Below, in pieces: positions 1-15,336 of a stretch of 64,000 bases of DNA. How positions within the stretch are numbered: position 1 is the first letter of the stretch; the number at the start of each line of letters is the position of its first letter. A model generated the notes under the pieces. That model was not told the origin of the DNA, searched no databases, and saw only the letters and a program-made list of their open reading frames with translations. The translations under genes were made by a program, and so were the position numbers. Source of the DNA: Octopus vulgaris. Lineage: Eukaryota. The DNA is taken from assembly GCA_951406725.2 (NCBI GenBank), contig OX597832.1:12090001-12154000 (forward strand), given 5' to 3'.

Positions 1-864
1 TACGCTCAATGCATTTGACCTGCATATTTTGATGTGTTTTTAAGGGGAAGGACAAATCTGCATATACTCTAGTAAGTACGCGAGTGTCCCTACACACTGT
101 TGACCCGCGACTTTACCTCGGTGTCGTTAATAAAATACATCAAGGTTCTGCAAGTAATTACATGGAAAGTTATGTGTTCATGTATAGATATGTTTGTGCA
201 TATATGTGTATATATGTATTTGACACAGTTAATTGTCCATCTGCATTTCGATATTCTATGCATTCCCTTCGATGACCGAGGTGCATTTTTTCATAAATTG
301 CAACTCAGTGGATTTGCAAATAGTTATACGTAAGTGAATCCTTATGATCGACAAATGAATACTTCCAAAGATGACCAAAGCAAGCCCACTGGGAAATATA
401 CATGTAAACGTATTATTTATTACTTAGATTCATATGATTGTATTTGTTTCATTGTATAATATATAAATGTCCATTAGTGTTTAAAATCTACGACACAAAT
501 GCATAAAACGTTAGCCGATGAAAGATAGGATCAAAGATTACTAATAACCAAGTCCTGGTTTACTGTTTTAAGGTTCTTGTTCGAATAGTTAAAAATTTGA
601 ACTGAATAATGTCCTTACCATATTGCATGAATTTCAAAACAACGGGCAATGTTTTGATGGAATGCAGTGTTATAGACGTTAAATGAAGCTGAAAGAATAG
701 GAGGGGATGTTAGAAGCGAGAAAGTGGTGAGTATTACGAAACAACGGACATATGCCAGATTAGAAATCTCTAAGCAACCACCAAAAAGATACACTAGATA
801 GTGGCAAACGTCATACGTCATGTAATACACGAGGTTTTGTATAGATTTCGGTCTTGTATAGAAT

Positions 865-1003
865 TTCGGCTAGTTAGAGGGATAGAACAAGTACCAGGAT
901 TTCAGAAAATAAATGCTGGGATCAATCCATTCGATTAAAAATTCTTTGAGACGGTGCTCCAGCATGGCCGCATTCTAATGACTGAAACATGTTACAGATA
1001 AAT
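865..1003 (+). mobile_element. SINE family A, 3' fragment
   Basis: gatagaacaagtacc...cggtgctccagcatggccgcattctaatgactgaaaca matches the 3' end of the copies at 18841-19229 and 59131-59580. Confidence 0.75.
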
Positions 1004-1854
1004 GTAAACCTTTGTATTTTTTCTATTTTGATCTAAAATATTCTCCGTATTAATCTATTTTTATGAAGCTGTATCCGAATATGATTATATTCTACAAACA
1101 TGATAGGCTATATACTTTATCGATCTCGGAACGATGAAAGCCAAAGACTTCGCGGCTGGGAGCAGAGGAACGCACACTATAAAGAGTATAAACAATTCTG
1201 CATCACAATCTTTTCTGATGTAAGTTTTGAAAACCCGCAACATCTTAACCACATGAAAAGAAAATATTTTTCTGCTTTGATACGGAAATATATGAAAAAT
1301 GTTGGCCCACCTCTGCAAAATGTATTGCTGAGCCTGCGTCTCACTTAAATCTATCAGCCTTTTACAATTCAGGACCCTCTTTAGCTTGCTTAATCTGCTA
1401 ATTAGAAGCATTCCATTATCTGTCTCCTGAATATACCATATCTCCGTTTCTACGCTGTAATCTTTGTCCTTTTTGAGACACAACGGTGTCAACTTGCTTT
1501 TCACTTTTCGTATTGTCATAACATCCTTTTGTTTCCAAGTTCCCCAATAATGATACTCAATTATTGATTATGCTACCACTCACAATCCGCAATCGATTAG
1601 CTCATGCTGAAACGATACATAGTATCTGCAGCAATAAATATCAACAAGGTTATCTCACTATATCGTGTTGGGTAATATGTTATCTCACCACAATTTGTAA
1701 CAGCGTTCTACACTAAAAGAAACACACAGACAGCGTATACTTGGCTAATGTGTTACCTGTCTATAAAAACAAGGGGACAGATACGCCGTATCTTGTATAC
1801 GGGAAAACGAGGACAGTCATATGTAGAAGTAGGGTATTGGAAATTTACTCTTGC

Positions 1855-1901
<47 letters not shown>

Positions 1902-1944
1902 TAATAATAATAATAACAACAATAATAATAATAATAATAATAAT
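1855..1944. repeat. (AAT)n/(AAC) microsatellite
   Basis: About 30 direct trinucleotide units; explains the poly-N and poly-I ORFs. Confidence 0.95.
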
Positions 1945-2324
1945 GAGAAGAAGAAGAAAAAGAAGTTGATGATGATGTTGAAGAAGAAAACAACAGAAAA
2001 AAGAAATCAAACTATGTTACAATTTAAGCACAAAATATCAAAAGGCAAAGAGTATCTAAAAGAGAAAAGAAAGAATATCAGAAAAACATTTAAAGTGGAG
2101 CAGAACCTTGCTTTCAATACATGTCTCAAAGAGATAAGCTATTCGCAATATAGAGAAATATGTGCATACGCAAGAGTGTGTTTTTGCGTGTTTTTCCACA
2201 GGTATATGTAATTTTTTCAAACGCCATAATCGTTGTATACAATACAGAGGAAATGCACTAAATGAGACACTACTAAAGAGAAATACAGGCATACGCATGA
2301 ATTTCTCTTCAGTAGTGTCACATG

Positions 2325-2544
2325 CACACACACACACACAGAAACGTGGCACGCGCATACACGAACACACATTCATATTTCCATGCATGCATGCATGTAT
2401 GTATGTATGTATGTATGTGTATATATATACATAGATCTCTATGTACAGTTATGTATATAGTATTATACAAGTCTATAGAATTACATACACTCACGCAAAC
2501 ATATAAGTATATATACATATATATGTACAAATATTTAGAAGAGC

Positions 2545-2592
<48 letters not shown>

Positions 2593-2745
2593 GTGTATGT
2601 AGGTGCAAACATATTCATATATATGTGTGTGTTTGAGTATATATATATATATGTATATTTATATATATGTTTACGTATGTATGTATGTATGTATATATAT
2701 ATTAGTATTTGTACATATATATGTGTGTGAGGCAGTGTATGTGTA
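2325..2745. repeat. Compound (CA)n/(TATG)n/(TA)n microsatellite
   Basis: Seen directly. Confidence 0.9.
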
Positions 2746-5318
2746 TGCAATAAAAATAAATTGTAAAATAAAACGCAAGGAAGTTCGCGGTTGCCTGAAA
2801 GATCAAAGAGAACACTTTAGTATCTTTTCATTCTACCTAAGTCAAAATGGCTGCTTTCACATTTCTAATTTAACGTTAAATATTTTATCGTTACATCGAC
2901 ACGGCTTCTTGTCATAAAATGAAATTTACCTCAAGTATCGTTCTGTTCTTTTTATCTTCTTTTTTTTTTCGCAGCTTTTTAACTTCCGGTTCTTTATACA
3001 CTCTCTCGCTCCCTCTCACGCACTCTCTACCTTTCTTTTACTTGGTATGTTGTACTTTCACTACTTTACACAGATTTTATTTTTCTCCTCGTATCATAAT
3101 TGTCTCCTCACCTCGCTACAAGTCTTTCTCTCCTTCAAACAGTTCTTTTAATCTTGTCAACTTGGAACTTTTGACTTTCGTTTTCCTTCCTTAATATATT
3201 TTTCTATTAACCTTTTTTTTTTCTTTGTACACCATCATTTACTCGCCATCTTTTTCTGTCGCCCTCACATCACTTTCTTCCTTATATGATCTTATTTTCT
3301 TCATCTTTACCACTTGTGCATTACCACTCAATCTTTCTCCACCATCTTTCTAATTTGTTCGCAGTCGTTTTCTTATATCTACTGTTATTCATCTATCTAC
3401 TAAACCCTCATACTGAACTCTTGACACTCTTTCCCTCTTCATTTATCTCTGACCTTTCGAAACCCCTATCATCTCTTAGAAAACGTCTTCCATTTTTGTT
3501 TTTTCTAACTGAAACTATCATTCTCTCTCGTCGTTCTGATTCCTCTGAATATAAAAGTGCATACATCCGCTTTACTGTTTGTCTACTTCATTTACTTACG
3601 TGAGATATATTTTCTGCAGCCTTCAATATTACAATTTTTCTTCACATCATTTTCTCTGAATTTATCTTTGATCTGAGATTATGCCCTTTCTCTCCATTTA
3701 TTTACAGGATTTAAAGTGAAAATTTATGAGTGATATATTGTTGCCATATCTATGATAGGCTATCACAAACAATGCTAGAGCCAATAAAGCAATCTTTAAT
3801 TTAGAATTTTCACTTTAAATACATATTTCATTTTATATTTTAAATTGCTTTCTGTTTATCTTCGCAACTTTAAAGCCATCTAGAAATATAGTGAAAGGTA
3901 TATAAACATCTATAGGTTACTAATAAACTTTGCAGTTTACTATATTTTCGCAATATAATTATGTTTATCTAGTGTATCGCTTCCTTTTCCGTTGAAATTA
4001 ATTACGATTACCGAGTTACGCCCGTTATGTTTTTGGTAAGAATTATCATTAACGCTTATTATTAAATATAATAACTGTGGCTGAATTATTTATCAGAAAT
4101 TGTACAAAGATAACACATTAGTTACGACGCAGGGATTTTTCTGCAAACAAACTTTTTAATTGAAACAGCCAACATTTTGTCCTCTGAAAAGTTGACAGAA
4201 GGGTTGGAGCATCGGAATCAATATTTTCCATATTTTTTTGCGGTTTCTTACGTTCTACATTAGCATCCCGCCGATATCAAATTTGCCTTTCATTAATTCG
4301 TGGTCATTTAACTGAAACACCAGCGTAGTTGGTCATTGATGGTAATGACTAACACTTTCTCATTAAGATTATTGCCCTTACGTTGAAATTAAAAATTGTT
4401 ATTGTTGTTAAGATAAAGAGTTTGTCTGAATCTCGGGTCGATGCTATGAACATGTATGACCTTTTGCCTAAAACGGAAATATCGTCCATGTTGTTTTCCT
4501 TAGCCACCGTCAGTAAAAGTTCGTTGCAGATTGGAGGTATTCACAAAGGAGTGAGATACTGATTAGTAAAGCCCTATAATAAAAACTCGAAAAAACGACA
4601 GAGCAGATAACTTCATAGATAGAAATCTCTGTCCAGTATGACAAACTAGCAAGAGTCAATCTCTAAGTAATGGGTAGTTTTCTTCGAAAATTTGTCTTAA
4701 ACGCACCAAAATATGGGAAGTTCCCTAAATTTTACCCGAGAAAAACTGCAGCGTGTACGATATATTGTAAAGAAGGTAGAGAATAGATCGGATTTTGGGA
4801 GGAAATATTGCATCTAGTAAAGCCGAACTTTCCGATTATGTAAACTGACGTTCTGAGGTCAAAATCCCGTCTGATTTGATGTTGTCTTTCGTCGTTGCTG
4901 AGTCATAAAATCAATTATCTGCAGTGATATTATCTAATAAACCTCATCGCCCAAACTATGCGACCTTCTACCTTTATTTGTTAGTAATCAATATTTTTAT
5001 CTCATAGATTTCGTAAAATAAGTATGTCTACCGCAAAATGAACAATAACATTAGAAGACAAAATTTGCCATAATATAATCAGTGCGGAAAATCGACTCGA
5101 TTGCGCTATAAGTGTCTGTTGTATTTTTTTTTTTGGAAACATTTTAATGTCATGTTCTGTAAAAATGTATAAAAGCAAAATACAACTGGAGCAACGCACA
5201 AAGAGTTGATTGCAGCAAACTCCACATCAATCAAACAAAAGAAGATTCGTAATTTATCGAACTATTTTTGAAGCTCGAAAAAGTTAACAAGCAGTTGTTT
5301 GTTATACACTGATTAAGA

Positions 5319-6205
<887 letters not shown>

Positions 6206-7549
6206 GTTCGTGAGTCTCAACATATCCATTGCGAACATACCAATCGCAGTAGGTTTTCAGATGTTATTACTTGAGGAGTAAATATAACTCTGGAGCACGG
6301 CTATCAGACGAGTATTGAATTACGTTATGCTTAACTGAGCCTAACAGAAAACTTACTGGTGTTTGACCCGAGGAAACTTAAAGAAACCTGGGCAAATAAA
6401 GTCTGGAAGATATTATTTGTTGTTCAATGCCGTAAAGTATTGTAAACTATTTGAGTCTCTAGCAAATAAACTTGTTGGCCAAGAGACTTCCGGATTGAAG
6501 AAAGCAATGGTTATCAAGCATTTTTCATTTATTTAAAAAGAAAACTAAATGTCAAATTGATGAAGAGGTTGTCAGACAACACCAATATTATACTAGAAAG
6601 CATTGGCTTTTGAGAGATCCAGTAATACCAGCCGTGATAATAATATAGAAGGGAGATTATCTCACTATTTCATTGTATATCGAGCTGTATGGAGTAAGAT
6701 TTTTATGGGAATGGAAGGAGAAGATACGTGAGAAAAATTGCTTAGGAAAATGGATTTGTTCTAACGACAGAGAAACTATGAAATTTGATTACAACTAAAT
6801 ATACAAGATGTCCATAACTGCAATACGTCTGCTCATATCTTTTTGAGCCACGAAGGTGTAAGTCTTTTCAAAAAGGAATGGGTCAATAATAATAACAATG
6901 AAAAGAAAATTAACACGAAGTCTAGAGCAGCATACAGATTTGTAAACTCGTAAGGATCTCATACCATGAAGTTATAAATGAGGGGCAGAAGTATTTAATA
7001 TGTAAGCTATAGAGCACAGAAAGAGGAAACATCAAGCGAGAAACGAAAGTGATTTGAACTATGGAACAACGGACGAGCCATATAAAACCAACACGCGTGA
7101 TCCAGAATACGAACATTTCTCCTAATAAACAATCGTTATACTAGCAACATATTAACAACTTTAAGAAGTAGTGAGAGTTGAAGGAAGTAAGTGAAGGCTA
7201 TATTCAAACGATTCCTAAGGTCTTTAGGTTATCTGCTAAAGAGAATTTATCAAGTTTTTGGCTGGTACTTCTCACTCGCATAGGCAGAGATTAGTATGCA
7301 TTCTGTCCGTATGGTGCTTATATATTTGAAAGGTTATTTATCAACCTATATATTAGTTTCATTGTGCGCAGTATATTTTAATAAATAGATTTACAATGGC
7401 ACATTTATCCGCAACTTCATACGCACACGAATAAAAACACGCGTGCGCATGCTCACACACACATACGTTATACATAACTGTGTCTGTGTGTGTTAATGTG
7501 AATGGCTTTAGTAATGCAAGATCTATGATTGTGATACCCATAGATGCAT

Positions 7550-7660
7550 CCTATATATGTGTGTGTATGCATATATATATATATATAATACATATACATA
7601 CACACACATATATATATAATATAAATACACACATATGTATACAATTATATATTTATGTTT

Positions 7661-7694
<34 letters not shown>

Positions 7695-7842
7695 ATATAT
7701 GTATAAGACATATATATATATATATATATATATATGTATAAGACATATAGATATATACATATATATATACATATATATATATATATACATATATATATAC
7801 ATATATATATACATATATATATATATATAACATAATATATAA

Positions 7843-7884
<42 letters not shown>

Positions 7885-7945
7885 CGTATATTCATTTATG
7901 TATTCACACACACATATATTTATGCACACACATGTATATATACGC
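7550..7945. repeat. (TA)n-rich compound microsatellite
   Basis: Seen directly. Confidence 0.9.
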
Positions 7946-8192
7946 ATAAGTTTTATAGGCATGTATTTATGCATGGATAAGCAGTGTTTACGGAGTGAAA
8001 GTACAAGGAGAAATTCTCTCCCTTAGTAAATGACTCAGTGGGAAAACCTCATTTTTCATAATATCTTTCTAACTTTCTATTTGTGTAACACTTTCTCCGG
8101 CAACTTCTCTCCGTCTGTATCGATAAATTCATAAAATATTCATTTGTGTGTTTCTGTATACGTATCTCTACAGCTACGCATAAATATATGTG

Positions 8193-8254
<62 letters not shown>

Positions 8255-9346
8255 TGTGTATATAAATTACATTTTACCTTCAGTTTATGTGTTTACGTAT
8301 ACTCATGAGTAGATTTAATGGGCAATACGATATCGACTCTTATATAATAAAGCGTACGTTTTGGGCAGCTTCAAAATAGATTTCCATTCGAAATTCTTTT
8401 AACACTTATATAAACAGAACATTAACCTAGCAATGTACTTCCGATCCGATCTCTATGCCATAGTTATCACCCATCGTTTCCCGCTCAAGTCGTTCATAAA
8501 ATGCGATAAACTGCCAGCTTAAGGCAGCCTGCCAAACACTATTCCGGGAGGTTGGCGAGAAACCGATTTTTGCTTGTTGGATATAATTGGCTTGTACAGC
8601 GTTATTAATTTGTTTTCGCATCTATTTGATGTAATCCACGGTCACTGAATGACGAATTGTGAAGGAAATTTTAAAGAATGCAAAAGGCAAATTACAGAGA
8701 GAATATATATGAAGGATATGTCGAAGAAAATATTGCGAAATTAAGCAATGGTACTGTTGTAATCATTAAATTGGTTAATAGTGTCTTTAACCATTCAACT
8801 AAGAATATCAAGAATAGTTTGAGAGATGTGAAAAAATCGAATAATTGTTTTGGTTCTGAGGAGTTAAATGGAACAATTGTGTAATAATATCTGATAGCGT
8901 TGACTAGTTGTCAGAGTTTGAAGGGATCCGGGTTTCTAAGATATACATATAAATTTAAATTGATATCTTCAGACATGTCTTATCTCGAAACTTTCATGGT
9001 GTTATAGATTTAAAAAAAAAAAATTTAAGTTCAACTCTTCGCAGTAATATCATCTAATTTGGTCTCTTGAAAATAGTCATAAATTGAACAGAATCCTAGC
9101 GATTCCAAATACATTGACTGCATATATCTCAATTTGAACACATATAGACACATACACATATGTGTTTGTGTGATTGCAGGTATATGTGAGTACGTGTGAA
9201 GCTTTGAGTAAGTTAATTGTTGAGTATGCATATTTACATAATTTCGGAAATGTGTACTCATATGTTCTTGAAAACTCATTTGGGGAACGATCTGCTGTTA
9301 AATGGTGTTGGCACAGAGAAAATTAATACCAGGTATACCAGATGAA

Positions 9347-9753
9347 GGCGGTGATAAACGTTAGCACGCCGGGCGAAATGCTAAGCAGTATTTCGTCTGT
9401 CTTTACGTTCTGAGTTCAAATTCCGCCGAGGTCGACTTTGCCTTTCATCCTTTCGGGGTCGATAAATTAAGTACAAGTTACGCACTGGGGTCGATGTAAT
9501 CGACTTAATACCTATGTCTGTCCTTGTTTGTCCGCTCTGTGTTTAGCCCCTTGTGGTTAATAAAGAAATAAGTATTTCGTCTGGCTTTACGTTCTGAGTT
9601 CAAATTCCGCCGAGGTCGACTTTACCTTTCATACTTTCGGGGTCGATACATTAAGTACCAGTTACGCACTGGGGTCGATGTAATCGACTTAATACCTATG
9701 TCTGTCCTTTTTTGTCCGCTCTGTGTTTAGCCCCTTGTGGGTAATAAAGAAAT
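9347..9753 (+). mobile_element. SINE family B, head-to-tail dimer with 16-bp target-site duplication
   Basis: ggcgg...ttagcacgccgggcgaaatg head and B-box-like gagttcaaattcc; the body 9387-9570 is repeated at 9571-9753; flanks aggtataccagatgaa (9331-9346) and aggtatatcagatgaa (9754-9769). Confidence 0.9.
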
Positions 9754-11003
9754 AGGTATATCAGATGAATATTCGAGTAAACTCAATCAACTCTAACTCA
9801 CTCATACATACCAGAGACTCTATGACTACATAACGATGCATCGTGTATAATGTTGTAACATTTATATCTTAGACTCCTCCATCGAAGGCAAGCTTCCGTT
9901 ATTGTGATGATCGACAGCAATGTTGTCTTAGAAATTCATAAATGTTAGAAGGTCCATGAGAGCAAAGAAAACTGTTTTCTCAGCGGTGAGACTGTAAACG
10001 TGAATTAATGTTATATGTCACAGAATGTCAGAGAACACTCTAGTAAAAGGTTAAACCCGATTATAGCAGGAAGTGTCTTGAACTCATTCATCATTCATTG
10101 TATTTATTTGTTGGCATGAGTAAGGTGTAACTCTACACCGCTTAGACACTGCCTATGACGTGTTTACATATTCTAAGTAAACATCAATCACTATAAAAGA
10201 GATGTCCCTAAGGTGGTACTCAGTCATTTATAATGGATTATAGTTATGCTTCAATGATTTTGATGCTTTCGCGGATTGCACTGAACTAGATTAAAAAACG
10301 CGATTTCAGAGAGCAAACCGAAAGTAATTCCGTAGACAGTACGAAATACATACATACATACATACATACATACATACATGTGTGTGTGTGTCTGTGTGTC
10401 TGTGTGTATGAATGTATTTGTATATGTTCTTTATTTTACGAATATCTCAGCGATGAAGGAACAGCCGGTTTCTTTCTGAGAATTTAGAATTTACATTGGA
10501 ATTTAGTCCACATCATCTTGGTATCCATGTGCGTTTACGCACAAGCTTACATACACCCCAAACACAAATATGTACATACAAAAATATGCCCACATACTAT
10601 ATATATATATATATGCAACACACACATACACATGCGTATATGCATGTCTAAATATAAGACAAATTTTCCTGTGTACAAGCGTGTAAATGCCTTTATTACA
10701 CGCTAGAATCTTCATATTAACATGGTACCATTAACAGTTCCTTCCTCTGATTTCCTAATTAGCCGTGTCCTTTCTGGATTTGTGAACCAAGATTCGGAGG
10801 AAGTTCGCAAGGCTTCCAAGTATTTCCTTCACTATTTATAGCTAAGGCGACAGCTGTATTCATGCGTAGTAACTACATTTCTCAGAATGCTAGATCAGTA
10901 TACATATCACCAATTCTCTATATGATATGAGTATGTGAATATATGTGAATGCATGCATCTATGATATTATTAATTTATATATCTGTCTCTAAATCTGTGT
11001 CTG

Positions 11004-11078
<75 letters not shown>

Positions 11079-11090
11079 CTATATATATCT
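11004..11090. repeat. (TCTA)n microsatellite
   Basis: Seen directly. Confidence 0.95.
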
Positions 11091-11718
11091 GTCTCTTTAT
11101 CGTCTATCTTTAACAGTTAATATATCTACCAATCTCTTTCTTCTGCTCTCTCTCAATCTTTCTCTCACTATCTATCTCTACCTGTGTCTTTCGTATGCGC
11201 CTTTTGTCTGCCCGTATGTGCATGCACGTATATATATATATATATATATATATATCTGTGTCTGTGCGTGTGTATATGTATACGTACATATGATGCACGA
11301 ATATTTGGTAGCGTTTTTGTTTAGTGCCTGATAAATTCAGATCGAGCAAACCAATAATCAAAATTGTTCAACAGTGACCATCTCATCAGGTTGTCTATAT
11401 TAATTAATATATAATCCAGTACATGATTCCATTAGGTGTTGTGTGATATATAAAACAGTATGAACGCCTCTGTATCCAATGGCGATGTATGTAAATATGT
11501 GCACATAGTTGTATGTATGCTCACTGAAGTAAATACGTAGGCTTCTCAAGTACATGTGGTGATAAATAACATCAAAACTTTTGTCTTGTAGAGATAATTA
11601 ATTAATTAGATTTTTAATTAACTTAATTTTATAAATCTTATTGGAAGCAATTTTTTTTCTTTTAATGTTCGCATACATTGTATATGCAAAATTATACACG
11701 TAAGGACGTCTAGATATC

Positions 11719-11766
<48 letters not shown>

Positions 11767-11771
11767 CACAG

Positions 11772-11808
<37 letters not shown>

Positions 11809-11939
11809 GACACAATTAGGTATATATAATTAACTACATAAATAAATGCATATGCTTATGTTTATAAACATCTGTGCACCTATATATATATATATATATA
11901 TATAAATTAGTATATGTGTATATGTGTTATATATGTATA

Positions 11940-11985
<46 letters not shown>

Positions 11986-12143
11986 AACATGCATACATAT
12001 GTATATCTCTGTGCAAAATATATTTGCAGATGAATTATTGTTAACCAATTCTTGCAAATTCTAAGAACATGGAAAATATATTACACTGAATTAGACTAAA
12101 GTGAGAATACATTTATATACATGTTATAGCAGTAGTATAACGC

Positions 12144-12193
<50 letters not shown>

Positions 12194-12707
12194 ATATATA
12201 TATATCCATATATATATATGTATGTGTTTATGTATGTGTTTATGTGTATTAGTATGGCTGCTGTCCAATGATTGAATTTAGTGAAAAAGATATAAAAATG
12301 AGACAGAAATAACGATCTTTTTATACTTATTGTGCATTATAAACTTCCATCCGTTTTTCTTACGCATTTTTGGTGCTTTCATGGTTCACTTTTAATGAGT
12401 CGACTGAAAATATAGTTAACAACCATCAGTTATAATGTTATTATCTTCAGAAGGTGTTAAAAGCATACGTGTATATATGTTTAAATATCTGAAACAATTA
12501 AAAGATTAAAGATGAAATATACATGCGCGCGTGCGCACGCGCACATACATACACACACACACACACTCACACACATATGCAAAATGAGGGGTTAAGCTCA
12601 CTTGTGATCTAAACCAATAGGTGCGCTGGGTAAGCGCTATAGATTCCAAGACCGCAGATCAGGCTGAATCTAGGAATCCGTGTAAGAGTTCCTGTATATC
12701 GTGTATA

Positions 12708-13174
12708 TATTATATCAGGGAAAAAATTAAAACCAAGGCAGAACGAGTATATCAAGTAATTTAAAATAATTTAATTAAGATAAGGTGAATTTGTCATACA
12801 GGTTCATGAATGTACCGGTTCATGGAAGTCCCAACCAGCATTTATATCCGCTAGAAAAAGATGAATTGCGAACCTTATTCTCCTGACAATATTCTATTTT
12901 TTTAATCTTTATTTTTCTCTTTTACTACTATATTCTTCTATTTTATTCCTTATAAACTGTGGATTTTATTTCTTGCAAATTGTAAATTTTCCCCGTCTAA
13001 AATATTCATACCTTTTCTTTGATGACTGAATACTCAGTACAGGGATATGCTAAACAAACTCTTGGGTCATCCCAGACAAAGCTGTAAGACTTCAGATTCA
13101 CTTTAACCTAATTGAATTATTCTAAGTGAATTAAGATACTCTTTCTGCCTTCGTTTTGATTTTTCCTTATAATA
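12708..13174. mobile_element. Inverted-repeat-bounded remnant, probably Penelope-like pseudo-LTRs, with a decayed hammerhead-like motif
   Basis: 12708-12801 is an imperfect reverse complement of 13082-13174; 13016-13090 reads tct-tTGATGA...caaagctGTA-aga. Confidence 0.5.
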
Positions 13175-13210
13175 CATTCATACATACATACATACATACA
13201 CACACACACG

Positions 13211-13262
<52 letters not shown>

Positions 13263-13956
13263 AATGCTCCCATGTAAATATATATGTACGTTTCTCTCCA
13301 AATATATTATGTAAACACGCACATATATACACATTCATATATACATATATGTCTCTCTCTATATATATACATATAAAGCTGATTGTATGTGTGTGACTAT
13401 GTATGATTGTGTGTGTATGTGCGCGCTCGTTTTTCGGTGTGTTTATACTTGAATGTGTGGGTGTATTATATTCCCAGTGGACTTTTTGCATTGTGGTAGA
13501 TAATTCATCTTCAATATTTTTCTTCTCTGGAAATCTGTCTGTTATTAAGTGCCCTCACTTCGGCTTTGCTACTACCGTGTACCAAGGAAATATTTTTCCC
13601 ACTACAATGTTATATTATTGCCAGATGTAGACTCCTCAAATACATTCGCCATAGTTCGTTATATGATATTCTAGGTGGCAAAACATGAAAAAGCAAATAC
13701 GTACGAGGAACTATAAACACTTAAACGAACCAGTGAAGCAACCAACGTGCAAACAAAAATAAACATGGAGCTAGCAAATAAGTATGCGAATAAGTACATA
13801 ATTTTTTAGCATCAATGGTTGTGAGCATACGTCAGTGAGGTGTATATATATTTGCAGTAACTCGCGTGATTTCGACCGATTTGAGACCAATTGAAGACAG
13901 GATATAGGTTCGGGATTGTTTATCTGAGATGTTGTTTTAAAATGTGTTTGCATATT

Positions 13957-14153
13957 GGATTCAAATTTTGGTACAATACCAGCAATTACGTCGATTACAT
14001 CGTCCTCGTTGCTCAGATGGTGCATATCTTGTTGATCTCACAAGGATGAAAGACAAAGTCGACTCTAGTAGCCATTCACTGAATGTGTAAGGTCAGAGAA
14101 AATACCACTAAGAATATTGTCCGGTGCAGTAAAGATCTTAGCAAGCTCTCCCG
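13957..14153 (-). mobile_element. SINE family B, diverged
   Basis: ggatgaaagacaaagtcgac and gtcgattacatcg are reverse complements of family-B motifs. Confidence 0.65.
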
Positions 14154-14734
14154 CTCAGTATTGTTTAATATTAAGTAAAATATATCTTTAGACCAGTAGG
14201 ATGGTTTGATGATGGTCTGCTCCTATAAACTTTTACGACCTTTTTTAGGACTACCGAGAGTGGTGAGAATGGCGTAAGTAAGGTCTATGAGAGGCACCAA
14301 ATCCGAGGTGTTAAATAAGATGACGGTTTCGGTAAATCTGATTTGAATATTATTTGTGAATAGTTGCGTAGCCTGTTAGGGTTTGCTATTTTTGTCGTCG
14401 TTGTTGGTGTTTAACCTAAGGTATCCCCACATCGAGTAGAGCCTCACTTAACTTATCTCTGCTAAGTTTATCTCTGTGAGTTGTACAAATGTCAGAACCA
14501 GTTACCATCGTGTTGTGCCAGGCTACTCCAGACAGATGACGAGCAAAGACTCAGAAACGAGTCGCTGGTTGCAGACTTAGCTGGATGGAAGTGCTTATCT
14601 CCCCCTTGCTAACATAGGGACACAGGAAACGTGTCAAGGCCGACAGGAAGCGTTGCTGCTTCCTAGGGATAAATAGCAGTAGTATGATTCCCTTCGTGGG
14701 ACTGTCACATTAAGGTGACAGCATACACCTACTT

Positions 14735-14737
<3 letters not shown>

Positions 14738-14808
<71 letters not shown>
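14738..14808. repeat. (TA)n microsatellite
   Basis: Seen directly. Confidence 0.95.
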
Positions 14809-14811
<3 letters not shown>

Positions 14812-15336
14812 TACAAACTTATAGACTCAAATACACAGTTTACACGTACACAGACAAACAGGCGCGAACATATTCACACTCACACACGCACACATTTACT
14901 AGGAGATAGATAGACACAGAAACAGAGAGAGACATTTTGGGTGGATTACCACGCAGTGACTCACGAATCTAGATAATTCAAGGTAGTTTTTATACAAAAT
15001 TCAAGGGCCTTGAGACACACGCGTAGATTTAGAAGTTAACGATGAATTATTTTCCCTTCCTCAACGTTGATACTGAATTCTTTCGCTTGTTTCAGATTTC
15101 CTACAGCTGAAGGCATTGTGTCAAAAATATGACTTCTTTTCTTTCCAGCGAATCCAAGCGTTAGCGTTACCTTCAAATTAATGCAGTTTCTCCGTTTGCA
15201 GTTGAATCAAATAGCTTTAAGACTAAATATGTATGTTTCTTTACTCGATGATTTCACTTGTTTTCAGCACAAAGTTTAGCATTTCATATAATATTTATGT
15301 TTCTTTTAAACATTTAATATTTTGTCATTAATAATA

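Noticed and set aside
1085-1519. 144-aa minus ORF with EIWYIQET, reminiscent of a LINE AP endonuclease start
   Set aside because: Only one short motif; no other APE motifs recognisable
2185-2210. tttttccacAG|GTatat, a second AG|GT site
   Set aside because: Weak donor and an interrupted pyrimidine tract compared with 15367
6300-7300. Purine-skewed stretch resembling an ancient LINE remnant
   Set aside because: No diagnostic protein motif could be recovered
10440-10530. Minus-strand gaaaccggctgtt, hammerhead-like stem III
   Set aside because: No CTGAnGA core or convincing stem II
11383-11395. Minus-strand CTGATGAG
   Set aside because: No matching stem II-GAAA-NUH downstream
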